64,000 nt of DNA from Methanocaldococcus sp. 16A (GTDB taxonomy: Archaea > AGJL01 > Methanococci > Methanococcales > Methanocaldococcaceae), in NCBI GenBank assembly GCA_049860595.1, contig CP187551.1; one strand, given 5' to 3'. Shown one piece after another: positions 55,010 through 64,000 of the stretch. Each line of letters starts with the position of its first letter. Position 1 is the first letter of the stretch. The position numbers were made by a program, and so were the translations under genes. The notes under the pieces were generated by a model. The model had not been told where the DNA came from and searched no databases. It was given only the letters and a program-made list of their open reading frames with translations.

Positions 55010-55185
55010 CTTTTTTCATAATCTTTAATAGCTTTAAAAAATCTAACAAATGCACAAAAAATGCCAAACAATAAAAAGACAACTATCCACAAATTATTAT
55101 CTGTATATTCTGCTATGATATAACCAATAAAAATACCTAAGGCAATCATTATAAAGAATTCAAATGCAATATCTCTAAGATACAT
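55006..55185 (-). CDS. Small 2-TM membrane protein, AtpZ/AtpI(gene1)-like, 59 aa
   Basis: Manual translation MYLRDIAFEFFIMIALGIFIGYIIAEYTDNNLWIVVFLLFGIFCAFVRFFKAIKDYEKR*; GTGA overlap with the cbf5 start; not in the ORF track. Confidence 0.75.
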   Translation of the reverse strand: MYLRDIAFEFFIMIALGIFIGYIIAEYTDNNLWIVVFLLFGIFCAFVRFFKAIKDYEKR

Positions 55186-55273
55186 AACATTACCTTATTT
55201 TATAATATTATTCACTATATTCTATACTTAACCACCATAACTTATTTTCAATAAAATATAAATTTTTGACTAT

Positions 55274-55792
55274 ATGAGGGATAGCATGGACAAAGAGCTT
55301 TTGCATAAAAAAATAAGGAAAGATATTAAAGATTTAATAAATAATAATCCCCCAGAGAGAACATTGGGAAATCTAATACCATTATCTATATTTCAGGCAG
55401 TGAGAATAGGAGTTTTAACTGCTGGCTGTGGAATTGAGGCAATAATTTACAATATTGGAAAAGATATTGGTAGGGAAGTAATTTCTATGTGTGTTGATGA
55501 ATCTAACTTACTTAAAAGCTTTGCAGAAATATTAAAGAAGTCAAAAATTGGCATCTTAGAAGTAAAAAAAGTTGAAGATGATGAGATGGTTTTAGTTTTA
55601 AAAGATTGTATCTCTTGCCATAATGTTCCAAATGTTGGCACAACTCTATGCCATTTTGAAGCGGGATTAATAGCAGGAACTTTAGAAAAAAAGCTGAGAA
55701 GGAAAGTTAATGCTGTTGAAGTAAAATGCTGTGGTAAGGGGGATGAATACTGTGAATTTTTGGTAAAGATTGGAGATAGATTGTATTGGTGA
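55274..55792 (+). CDS. V4R-domain protein
   Basis: DCISC...LCHFEAGLIAG...EVKCCGKGDEYCEF. Confidence 0.9.
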   Translation: MRDSMDKELLHKKIRKDIKDLINNNPPERTLGNLIPLSIFQAVRIGVLTAGCGIEAIIYNIGKDIGREVISMCVDESNLLKSFAEILKKSKIGILEVKKVEDDEMVLVLKDCISCHNVPNVGTTLCHFEAGLIAGTLEKKLRRKVNAVEVKCCGKGDEYCEFLVKIGDRLYW

Positions 55793-55796
55793 TTAA

Positions 55797-56243
55797 ATGA
55801 TTGACAGGATTGATTTAAAAATTCTAAGAATTTTAAATGAAAATGCCAGAAAATCATTTAGAGAGATTGGAAGAGAATTGGGAATTAGTGAGGGAACTGT
55901 AAGAAATAGAGTAAAAAAAATGATTGATAAAGGTATTATAACAGGTTTTCATGCATCCATAAATCCAAAAAATTTGGGGTTTGAAGTTATAGCTATTTTG
56001 GGTTTATATATAAAGCCATCCAAAGTTGAAGAAACGCTCAATAAATTAAAAGAACTTAATGAGATTGTAGGGCTTTATCAAACTACTGGGGAATATGACG
56101 CTGTTTGTATAGCAATTTTAAAGGATATGGAAAGTTTAGGGAACTTTTTGGCAGAAAAAATATATCCATTAGTTAATGTTAATGGATGTAAAGTAACTCT
56201 CGTTTTAAGAACATTTAAAGATGGTAGTAAGATGCCAATATAA
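55797..56243 (+). CDS. ptr1: Lrp/AsnC transcription regulator (Ptr1-like)
   Basis: DRIDLKIL...NARKSFREIGRELGISEGTVRNRV HTH, TTGEYD; symbol from recalled M. jannaschii synteny. Confidence 0.8.
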   Translation: MIDRIDLKILRILNENARKSFREIGRELGISEGTVRNRVKKMIDKGIITGFHASINPKNLGFEVIAILGLYIKPSKVEETLNKLKELNEIVGLYQTTGEYDAVCIAILKDMESLGNFLAEKIYPLVNVNGCKVTLVLRTFKDGSKMPI

Positions 56244-56422
56244 AATTTTATTACATTATAATAAATAAAAAAATTAAATATTACTTAAGAAATCAAATAG
56301 AAACATTTAAAAAAGCCCTATTTTCTATTTTGCAACTCATAAAAATTTTTAATTAATGTTTAAATTTTTTGCTATTTTTCTTTCAAATTTTAAAATTTTT
56401 AGAAAATAATTTGCATAAAAAT

Positions 56423-56435
56423 TTCGCATTGCGTA
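56423..56435. promoter_or_regulatory. Putative Ptr1 binding site TTCGCATTGCGTA next to a TATA box
   Basis: 12/13 match to the recalled Ptr1 consensus TACGCATTGCGTA; TATATATA at 56441. Confidence 0.6.
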
Positions 56436-56519
56436 GTGTCTATATATAGTAATGCATAAACTTAAAATTGAAAATCTCATATTAAAATCAAATATTCAAA
56501 AATTTAATTATATGGTGAA

Positions 56520-58736
56520 ATGATGGTTGTGAGTAATATAATAGAAGGTGGAAAGACAGTTCTAAACTTAACAAAAGAGATTTTAGAGAAAGAAGATGAT
56601 AATTTAAAGGTATCATATCCTGGAACTAATTATAATTTGCCAATTATATATGGTCTCTTAGGAAAAAAGATAGAAACAGTTAAAGACTTAAAAGAATTAA
56701 TTAATTCACTTGAAATAAAAGATGAAGAAAGCTTAGAAAATGCCTTAGATGTTGGTGTTATAACTTTAATATGTGCTGAAGCAATTGAGGCATTAAAGTA
56801 TGCAAAAAATAAAAATCCATACAAAGAGCCGTATGTTGGATTTATTCCAGATGAAATATTGAGAGGTTTAGGAGTTCCACTTGTTGAAGGTAAGATTCCA
56901 GCTATTTTAGTAGTTATTGGAAAAGTTGAGGATAAAGATAAACTAAAGAAGCTCATTGATGATATAAAAAAGAGAAACATTTTAGCATTATTGGTTGGAG
57001 ATATAATTAAAGAGATGGATGAGGCAGGAATTGAGTATGGATTAGACAAATTGCTCGTCCCTATTGGTGAGGAAATAACTTCAGCAATACATGCAGCAAA
57101 CTTAGCTATAAGAGCTCCATTAATTTTTGGAGGAATTGAACCTGGAAAAGTGGAAGATATTATTGATTATTTAAAAAATAGAGTTCCAGCAGTTGTTGTA
57201 GCTTTAGGGGAGTTGGATAATATAACATTGGCAGCAGGAGCCGGATGTATAAAAGCAGGGGTCCCAGTTATAACCAATAATGATGTACCCGTTATAGAAA
57301 AAGCCTTAGAGAGTTCAGATATTGATAACATAATAGAAAATGCTCTAAAGATGAAAGATATTAAAACTAAAGTTGTTGAGTTCGATATACCAGTTTCCGT
57401 AGGGCCGATGAATGAAGGGGAGAGAGTTAGAGGCCCAGATATGTATGTAGAGTTAGCAGGGCCTAAGAGTTATGGTTTTGAGTTGGTTAAGGTGGTTGAT
57501 AAAGCAGACGATAAGGTTGAAATTATTGGAAAAGATATCGATGAGATGGAGGAGGGAAGTAGAAATCCATTCGCAATAATAGTTAAGGTAAGTGGAAGTA
57601 ATTTAGAAGAGGATTTAGAAGGAGTTTTAGAGAGAAGAATTCACGAATTCTTTAATTACATAGAAGGTGTTATGCATCTTAACCAAAGAGACCAGGTCTG
57701 GATTAGAATTAATAAGAATTCGTTTAACAAAGGTTTGAGATTAAAGCACATTGGTGAGGTTGTAAAACAACTCTTTAAAGAGCATTTCCCAATAATAGAA
57801 AAATGTGATGTAATTATAATAACCGACCCAGAAAAAGTTAAGGAAGAATTAGAAAAAGCAAAAGAAATTTACAAAAAAAGAGATGAAAAAACAAAATCTA
57901 TAAGAGAAGAAGATGTTGATGTCTTTTATGGATGTATAATGTGCCAAAGCTTCGCTCCTACTCATGTATGTGTTATAACTCCTGATAGGCCAGCGCTGTG
58001 TGGTGGAATTAATTATTTAGATGCGAGAGCAGCTGCTAAGATAGACCCTAATGGACCTATATTTGAAATACCTAAAGGAGAATGCTTAGATGAAAAATTG
58101 GGAATTTACTCTGGAGTAAATGACGTTGTTAGAGAAAGGTCACAAGGTACTGTTGAAGAGATGGCATTGCATAGTGGTTTAAATAACCCCTGTACATCTT
58201 GTGGTTGTTTTGAGGCCATTGTCTTCTATATACCTGATGTAGATGGATTTGGAGTAGTGCATAGGAACTTTAAAGGAGAAACACCTTTCGGATTGCCTTT
58301 CTCTTCATTAGCAGGGCAGTGTAGTGGAGGCAAACAAGTTCCAGGATTTGTAGGGATATCAATTGCATATATGAAATCACCTAAGTTTTTACAAGGGGAT
58401 GGAGGTTGGGAGAGAGTCGTTTGGCTTCCAAAAGAGTTAAAAGAAAGAGTTAAAGATGCTATACCAAAAGAATTGTATGATAAGATAGCTACTGAAGAAG
58501 ATGCTAAAACTACTGATGAATTAATTAAATTCTTGAAAGAGAAGGGGCATCCAATAGTTAAGAAATCAGAAGAGACTGTTGAAGAAGAAAAAGAACAGAA
58601 AACAGTAACTGCTGAAAAAGAAGAAAAAGAGGGTCTTGAAGTTGGTGAAATGATAGCTAAATTAGCAAAAGAGGGAGGAATTCAGATTATTATGAAGAAT
58701 GTTAAGATTGTTATTAACTTTAATGTAAAGAAGTAA
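56520..58736 (+). CDS. cdhC: Acetyl-CoA synthase, long form with N-terminal domain (AcsB-like CdhC paralog)
   Basis: YPGTNYNLP N-terminal domain; FYGCIMCQSFAP and PCTSCGCFE A-cluster motifs. Confidence 0.92.
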   Translation: MMVVSNIIEGGKTVLNLTKEILEKEDDNLKVSYPGTNYNLPIIYGLLGKKIETVKDLKELINSLEIKDEESLENALDVGVITLICAEAIEALKYAKNKNPYKEPYVGFIPDEILRGLGVPLVEGKIPAILVVIGKVEDKDKLKKLIDDIKKRNILALLVGDIIKEMDEAGIEYGLDKLLVPIGEEITSAIHAANLAIRAPLIFGGIEPGKVEDIIDYLKNRVPAVVVALGELDNITLAAGAGCIKAGVPVITNNDVPVIEKALESSDIDNIIENALKMKDIKTKVVEFDIPVSVGPMNEGERVRGPDMYVELAGPKSYGFELVKVVDKADDKVEIIGKDIDEMEEGSRNPFAIIVKVSGSNLEEDLEGVLERRIHEFFNYIEGVMHLNQRDQVWIRINKNSFNKGLRLKHIGEVVKQLFKEHFPIIEKCDVIIITDPEKVKEELEKAKEIYKKRDEKTKSIREEDVDVFYGCIMCQSFAPTHVCVITPDRPALCGGINYLDARAAAKIDPNGPIFEIPKGECLDEKLGIYSGVNDVVRERSQGTVEEMALHSGLNNPCTSCGCFEAIVFYIPDVDGFGVVHRNFKGETPFGLPFSSLAGQCSGGKQVPGFVGISIAYMKSPKFLQGDGGWERVVWLPKELKERVKDAIPKELYDKIATEEDAKTTDELIKFLKEKGHPIVKKSEETVEEEKEQKTVTAEKEEKEGLEVGEMIAKLAKEGGIQIIMKNVKIVINFNVKK

Positions 58737-58828
58737 TTTTTTGCTTTAATTTTTATTTTTTATTCCCATGTTTATTTATTTTTTTAAATTAATTAATATG
58801 TATTTTTATAATGTTTCTAAAAATAACT

Positions 58829-58841
58829 TACGAAATGCGTA
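58829..58841. promoter_or_regulatory. Second putative Ptr1 site TACGAAATGCGTA upstream of cdhA
   Basis: 11/13 match to the same palindrome in a very AT-rich intergenic region. Confidence 0.5.
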
Positions 58842-58972
58842 ATTTTTTATTGAAAGGAGAGTCTTAATCCTCATTTTCATACCAAATTTAGCTTTAGTCA
58901 TAACAAACTTTATATATTAAAGTTTTAAAAACTAACCTTAGAATTATAATGATTAATCATGACAATTAAGAA

Positions 58973-61303
58973 GTGATAGTTATGGGAGATAACATAGAGA
59001 TAGATGTTAAAAAACTTCTCACACCTTTAGTTAAGATGAAAAATGCCAACATATCAATGAATATAAAGTTTGGTGAAGAGAAAGAGGAGGAAGATTGGGA
59101 ACCAATGGGTCCTACACCAATGCCAAAGGTTCCTACATTGAGACATTGGGATTTTAAGCTATTAAAGAGGTATCCCCCATTTTACATGCCAATCTGTGAT
59201 TTGTGTTGTCTCTGTACCTTTGGAAAGTGTGATTTAAGTAGAGGAAAGAAAGGAGCATGTGGTTTAGACATTAAAACACAACAGGCAAGGATTGTCCTAA
59301 TAGCTTGCTGTATTGGGACTGCATGTCATACAGGGCATAGTAGGCACTTAGTTCATCATCTAATTGAAAAGTTAGGAAAGGATTATCCAATTGATTTAGG
59401 TAATGAGATAGAAGTTGAAGCACCAATAACAAGAACGGTTATGGGTATTAAACCAAAGACATTAGGAGATTTAGAGAAAGTTTTAGATTATTGTGAAGAG
59501 CAAATAACTCATCTCTTATCAGCGGCACATACTGGACAGGAGGGCGATTACTTAGACTTTGAAAGTAAAGCACTACATGCAGGAATGATTGATGATTTAG
59601 CAAGGGAAGTGGGGGATATAGCTCAAATAGTAGCATATAATATGCCTAAAGGAGATGATGATGCTCCACTAATAGAGTTAGGATTTGGTTGTATAGATAA
59701 GAATAAGCCAGTTATTTTGTGTATAGGCCATAATGTAGTTCCAGGTAGTTATATATTAGAATATTTGGAAGAAAATAATATGGAAGATGAAGTAGAGGTT
59801 TGTGGTATCTGCTGTACTGCAATAGATGTTTCAAGAGTTTCAGATAAAGCAAAGATTGTTGGTCCTTTATCAAGACAGTTGATGTTCATTAGAAGTGGAG
59901 TAGCAGATGTTGTAGTAGTTGATGAACAGTGTATTAGAACTGATATATTAGAGGAGGTTTTAAAAACTGGAGCTGTTTTGATAGCTACAAATGAAAAGAT
60001 GTGCTTAGGTTTAGAAGATGTTTCTCATTTAAGTGAAGATGAAATTATTGGCTACTTATTAAGGAACAGAGCTGCCTTAATTTTAGATGAGGAAAAGGTT
60101 GGAAAAGTCGCTGTTGAAGTAGCTAAGATAGTTGCTAAAGAAAGAAGAGACAAGAAAGCTTTACCAGATTTAAATGAAGTTGTTGAATTGGCAAAGCAAT
60201 GTACCGAGTGTGGATGGTGTAACAGAAACTGTCCTAACGCATTTAAGGTTAAAGAAGCTATGGTTTTAGCAAAACAAGGTAATTTTGATGGATTTGTTGA
60301 TTTATACAAAAAATGTTATAGCTGTGGAAGATGTGAAACAATCTGCCCAAGAAACATACCAATAGTTAGCATGACTACAAAAGTTGGAGAGGCTTATTAC
60401 AAAGATTTAAAATTCAAGATAAGGGCTGGTAGAGGGCCAATTAAAGATGTTGAGATTAGAAGTGTTGGAGCTCCAATTGTATTTGGAGATATTCCAGGAG
60501 TTGTTGCATTCGTTGGATGTTCAAACCATCCAAATGGAGAGGAGGAAGTTGCTTTAATGGCTAAAGAATTCTTGGAGAGAAAATATATAGTTGTAACATC
60601 TGGATGTGCTGCAATGTCAATTGCAATGTGGAAAGATAAAGATGGTAAAACACTATATGAGAAGTATCCAGGAGAGTTTAGGGCTGGAGGGCTTGTGAAT
60701 TGTGGTTCTTGCCTCTCAAATTGCCACATTACTGGAGCCGCTATAAAAATAGCTAACATCTTTGCTAAAGTGCCATTAAGAGGTAATTATGCTGAAGTAG
60801 CTGACTATATATTAAACAAAGTTGGAGCTGTTGGAGTTGCATGGGGAGCTATGAGCCAAAAAGCTGCTGCAATTGCTACTGGAGTCAATAGATGGGGGAT
60901 CCCTGTTATTGTAGGTCCTCACGGAGCTAAGTATAGAAGGTTGTACTTAAGCAATGGAGAGAAATTCAAAGTTAAAGATAAAAAAACAGGAGAAGTTATG
61001 GAGATAGACCCTGTTCCTGAACATTTAATTGTAACTGCCGAAAATGTTAAAGAATGTATCTGTATGATTCCAAAGCTATGTATGAGACCAAATGATAATG
61101 CAAAAGGTAGAGCTAACAAAATCTATCACTATGTTGATTTATACGAAAAATACTTTGGAAAAATGCCACCTGACTTAGAAAAATTCGTTAGAACTGAAAA
61201 AGACATTCCTTTCATGATGAAAGATAAGATAATGGCATACTTAGAAGAAAAAGGTTGGAAACCATTAGAAAAATATCCACAAGACCCAACAATTCTCTAT
61301 TAA
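58973..61303 (+). CDS. cdhA: CO dehydrogenase/ACDS alpha subunit
   Basis: [23 protein letters not shown], two ferredoxin motifs, GSCLSNCH. Confidence 0.97.
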   Translation: MIVMGDNIEIDVKKLLTPLVKMKNANISMNIKFGEEKEEEDWEPMGPTPMPKVPTLRHWDFKLLKRYPPFYMPICDLCCLCTFGKCDLSRGKKGACGLDIKTQQARIVLIACCIGTACHTGHSRHLVHHLIEKLGKDYPIDLGNEIEVEAPITRTVMGIKPKTLGDLEKVLDYCEEQITHLLSAAHTGQEGDYLDFESKALHAGMIDDLAREVGDIAQIVAYNMPKGDDDAPLIELGFGCIDKNKPVILCIGHNVVPGSYILEYLEENNMEDEVEVCGICCTAIDVSRVSDKAKIVGPLSRQLMFIRSGVADVVVVDEQCIRTDILEEVLKTGAVLIATNEKMCLGLEDVSHLSEDEIIGYLLRNRAALILDEEKVGKVAVEVAKIVAKERRDKKALPDLNEVVELAKQCTECGWCNRNCPNAFKVKEAMVLAKQGNFDGFVDLYKKCYSCGRCETICPRNIPIVSMTTKVGEAYYKDLKFKIRAGRGPIKDVEIRSVGAPIVFGDIPGVVAFVGCSNHPNGEEEVALMAKEFLERKYIVVTSGCAAMSIAMWKDKDGKTLYEKYPGEFRAGGLVNCGSCLSNCHITGAAIKIANIFAKVPLRGNYAEVADYILNKVGAVGVAWGAMSQKAAAIATGVNRWGIPVIVGPHGAKYRRLYLSNGEKFKVKDKKTGEVMEIDPVPEHLIVTAENVKECICMIPKLCMRPNDNAKGRANKIYHYVDLYEKYFGKMPPDLEKFVRTEKDIPFMMKDKIMAYLEEKGWKPLEKYPQDPTILY

Positions 61304-61330
61304 TTTCATTATTAATTTCATTCAAATTTT

Positions 61331-61789
61331 TTGAATTTGGTGATAGTTATGGATGAGAGATTTACAGCCTATATTCCAACAGCTGGAAGTAATGTGGCTC
61401 ATGCTGAAATAACAAATCCAACATTGGTTAAAATGATGATTAGAAGAGCTAAAAAACCTATTTTAATATTAGGAGAGAACTTAGAAGATGAGGAAAAAGA
61501 GTTAATCAACAAATTAATTGAGAAATATAATTTAAAAGTAATAAAAACACCAGAAGACATGAATCTAATGGCAATAATGAAATATTTATCAAACAGTGAT
61601 TATGATTTAGCTCTATTCACTGGAATAACTTATTATTACTTAGCTCAGGCAGCAACACATCTAAAACAGTTTTCAAATGTAACTACCGTTTCTATAGACA
61701 AGTATTATCAACCAAATACTCTCTATTCATTCCCAAATCTCAGTAAGGATGAGTATTTAGATTATTTGAAGAAATTGTTGGAGGGATAA
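61331..61789 (+). CDS. cdhB: ACDS epsilon subunit
   Basis: MIRRAKKPILILG, YDLALFTGITYYY, YQPN..YSFPNL. Confidence 0.9.
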   Translation: MNLVIVMDERFTAYIPTAGSNVAHAEITNPTLVKMMIRRAKKPILILGENLEDEEKELINKLIEKYNLKVIKTPEDMNLMAIMKYLSNSDYDLALFTGITYYYLAQAATHLKQFSNVTTVSIDKYYQPNTLYSFPNLSKDEYLDYLKKLLEG

Positions 61790-61790
61790 T

Positions 61791-62246
61791 GTGAATCCAA
61801 AAATCATTGTCTTAAATCCTGAAAAATGCACTAAATGTTATGATTGCATAAACATCTGCAAAGAGATTCATGGAGAAAGTAGAGTAAGAAAGATTGATGG
61901 TATTCCAATATTTTGTATGCAATGTGAAAAAGCACCTTGTAAAGAAATCTGTCCTGTTGATGCAATTTACCTAAAAGATGGAATTCCTATTGTAGAAAAA
62001 GAAAGATGTATTGCCTGTGGAATGTGTGCAATTGCCTGCCCTATAGGAGCTATATTTATAAAAAATAAGGTTGCTCACAAATGCACTCTCTGCTTAGATA
62101 CTGATAGAATAACACCTGCCTGCATAGAAGCTTGTAAAGATAATGCTTTATTGTTAGTATCTGGAGAAACACTTGATATGATGAAAGAAGAGAAAAGAAG
62201 AAAGATATTGAAGATTTTAAGAGATGAGGTTAAAGAGAATCTATAA
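61791..62246 (+). CDS. CooF-like 4Fe-4S protein
   Basis: CTKCYDC, CMQCEKAPC, CIACGMC, KCTLC...PACIEAC. Confidence 0.88.
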   Translation: MNPKIIVLNPEKCTKCYDCINICKEIHGESRVRKIDGIPIFCMQCEKAPCKEICPVDAIYLKDGIPIVEKERCIACGMCAIACPIGAIFIKNKVAHKCTLCLDTDRITPACIEACKDNALLLVSGETLDMMKEEKRRKILKILRDEVKENL

Positions 62247-62285
62247 AAAAGCAGAAAAAAGCAAAACACTAAAAGGTGAGAGGAT

Positions 62286-63692
62286 ATGTTTGATGATATA
62301 CCAGTTTCCGTAGGGCCGATGAATGAAGGGGAGAGAGTTAGAGGCCCAGATATGTATGTAGAGTTAGCAGGGCCTAAGAGTTATGGTTTTGAGTTGGTTA
62401 AGGTGGTTGATAAAGCAGACGATAAGGTTGAAATTATTGGAAAAGATATCGATGAGATGGAGGAGGGAAGTAGAAATCCATTCGCAATAATAGTTAAGGT
62501 AAGTGGAAGTAATTTAGAAGAGGATTTAGAAGGAGTTTTAGAGAGAAGAATTCACGAATTCTTTAATTACATAGAAGGTGTTATGCATCTTAACCAAAGA
62601 GACCAGGTCTGGATTAGAATTAATAAGAATTCGTTTAACAAAGGTTTGAGATTAGAGCATGTTGGGAGAGTTGTTCAAAGATTGTTTAAGGCAGAGTTTC
62701 CATTCATTGAAAAATGTGATGTTGTATTAATTACAGACCCTGATAAAGTTAAAGAAGAGTTAGAAAAAGCGAGAGAAATATATAACAATAGGGATGAGAA
62801 AACAAAGGCATTACATGAAGAGGATGTTGATGTCTTTTATGGATGTATAATGTGCCAAAGCTTCGCTCCTACTCATGTATGTGTTATAACTCCTGATAGG
62901 CCAGCGCTGTGTGGTGGAATTAATTATTTAGATGCGAGAGCAGCTGCTAAGATAGACCCTAATGGACCTATATTTGAAATACCTAAAGGAGAATGCTTAG
63001 ATGAAAAATTGGGAATTTACTCTGGAGTAAATGACGTTGTTAGAGAAAGGTCACAAGGTACTGTTGAAGAAGTAACTTTGCATAGTGGATTAGAAAAACC
63101 TTGCACTTCATGTGGTTGTTTCGAAGCAGTTGCATTCTACATTCCTGAAGTTGATGGATTTGGTATAGCACATAGAGGATTTAAAGGAGAAACTCCGATG
63201 GGAATTCCATTTTCAACATTAGCAGGACAGTGTAGTGGAGGGAAACAAGTACCAGGATTTGTTGGAATATCTATTGCTTATATGAAATCACCTAAGTTTT
63301 TACAAGGAGATGGTGGTTGGGAGAGAGTCGTTTGGCTTCCAAAAGAGTTAAAAGAAAGAGTTAAAGAAGCAATACCTAAAGAGTTGTATGATAAAATAGC
63401 TACTGAAGAAGATGTTAAAACTACCGATGAGTTAATTAAATTCTTGAAAGAGAAGGGGCATCCATGTGCTGAAAGAATAGGTGCTGGAATTGAAGAAGAA
63501 GCTACTGAAGAGGAAGAAGTAGAAGAAGAGATGGAAGAAGTTGAAGGAATTGAAGTACCAACTATGACTCTACCAGGAACATTTGCTGGATTACCACCAG
63601 GAATAAAAATAGTCTTATACAATGCTGTGATTAAAGCAGAAAAAATAATTATTACAAAAGAAGAACCAGAGAAGAAGAAAAAGAAAAATTAA
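62286..63692 (+). CDS. cdhC: ACDS beta subunit (acetyl-CoA synthase)
   Basis: Same A-cluster motifs; acidic linker and C-terminal IKIVLYNAVIKAEKIII. Confidence 0.95.
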   Translation: MFDDIPVSVGPMNEGERVRGPDMYVELAGPKSYGFELVKVVDKADDKVEIIGKDIDEMEEGSRNPFAIIVKVSGSNLEEDLEGVLERRIHEFFNYIEGVMHLNQRDQVWIRINKNSFNKGLRLEHVGRVVQRLFKAEFPFIEKCDVVLITDPDKVKEELEKAREIYNNRDEKTKALHEEDVDVFYGCIMCQSFAPTHVCVITPDRPALCGGINYLDARAAAKIDPNGPIFEIPKGECLDEKLGIYSGVNDVVRERSQGTVEEVTLHSGLEKPCTSCGCFEAVAFYIPEVDGFGIAHRGFKGETPMGIPFSTLAGQCSGGKQVPGFVGISIAYMKSPKFLQGDGGWERVVWLPKELKERVKEAIPKELYDKIATEEDVKTTDELIKFLKEKGHPCAERIGAGIEEEATEEEEVEEEMEEVEGIEVPTMTLPGTFAGLPPGIKIVLYNAVIKAEKIIITKEEPEKKKKKN

Positions 63693-63843
63693 TCTCTCAC
63701 AATAATTTTTTATTTTTAACTTTTATTTATATATTCAAATTAATAAATATAATATAGTAAAATAAAATATAAACTTCAACTGAATACTCCCTAGCTTTTT
63801 TAGGGCCATGCATAGGCTTCCACATCCGCTTAGTGTCTGGACA

Positions 63844-64000
63844 CCCTGCCGGGCCCTCGGGCGATTAGTACCGGCGGGCTGAACGCCTCGGGTAGAGCCC
63901 TCGGCGCTTACACCCCCGGCCTATCAACCCCCTCTTCTAGGGGAGCCCTCGTCCCCGAAGGGACTGGCCGCCTATTTTCGGGGAGGGTTTCGGGCTTAGA
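63844..64000 (-). rRNA. 23S rRNA, 3' end (partial)
   Basis: GC-rich; reverse complement reads TCTAAGCCCGAAACC...GGGGTTGATAGGCCGGGGGTGTAAGCG...GGTACTAATCGCCCGAGGG; 3' end approximate; 63803-63843 is probably the processing stem. Confidence 0.95.

Noticed and set aside
61298-61322. Short direct repeat ATTAATTTCATT after cdhA
   Set aside because: Short and AT-rich; likely trivial slippage.

Overview
AT-rich genome segment of a hyperthermophilic methanogen, most likely Methanocaldococcus. The assignment rests on gene content and order, the CRISPR repeat and the palindromic intergenic repeats, all recalled from M. jannaschii; no search was run. Most of the window is housekeeping: pyrI, NOG1, purT, a liv-type ABC transporter, aksE/leuD/ilvD/thrC, part of the Ehb hydrogenase, guaB, hemA, gch3, cbf5, the ACDS/CODH cluster and the 3' end of a 23S rRNA. 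It also holds a 28-repeat CRISPR array with no cas genes in the window, an internally deleted IS6-type element and about 10 palindromic mini-repeats. The stand-out is a ~10 kb, tightly coupled nine-gene minus-strand operon (43689-53918) downstream of cbf5. It combines a BREX-like core (unknown 246 aa protein, small P-loop ATPase, large BrxC-like ATPase, PglZ-type phosphoesterase, HerA-like ATPase) with no methyltransferase. In its place are a TGT/DpdA-fold transglycosylase, a GNAT acyltransferase and a radical 2-hydroxyacyl-CoA dehydratase with its ATP-dependent activator. This is a candidate undescribed defence system using a new base modification. All calls come from reading motifs by eye.
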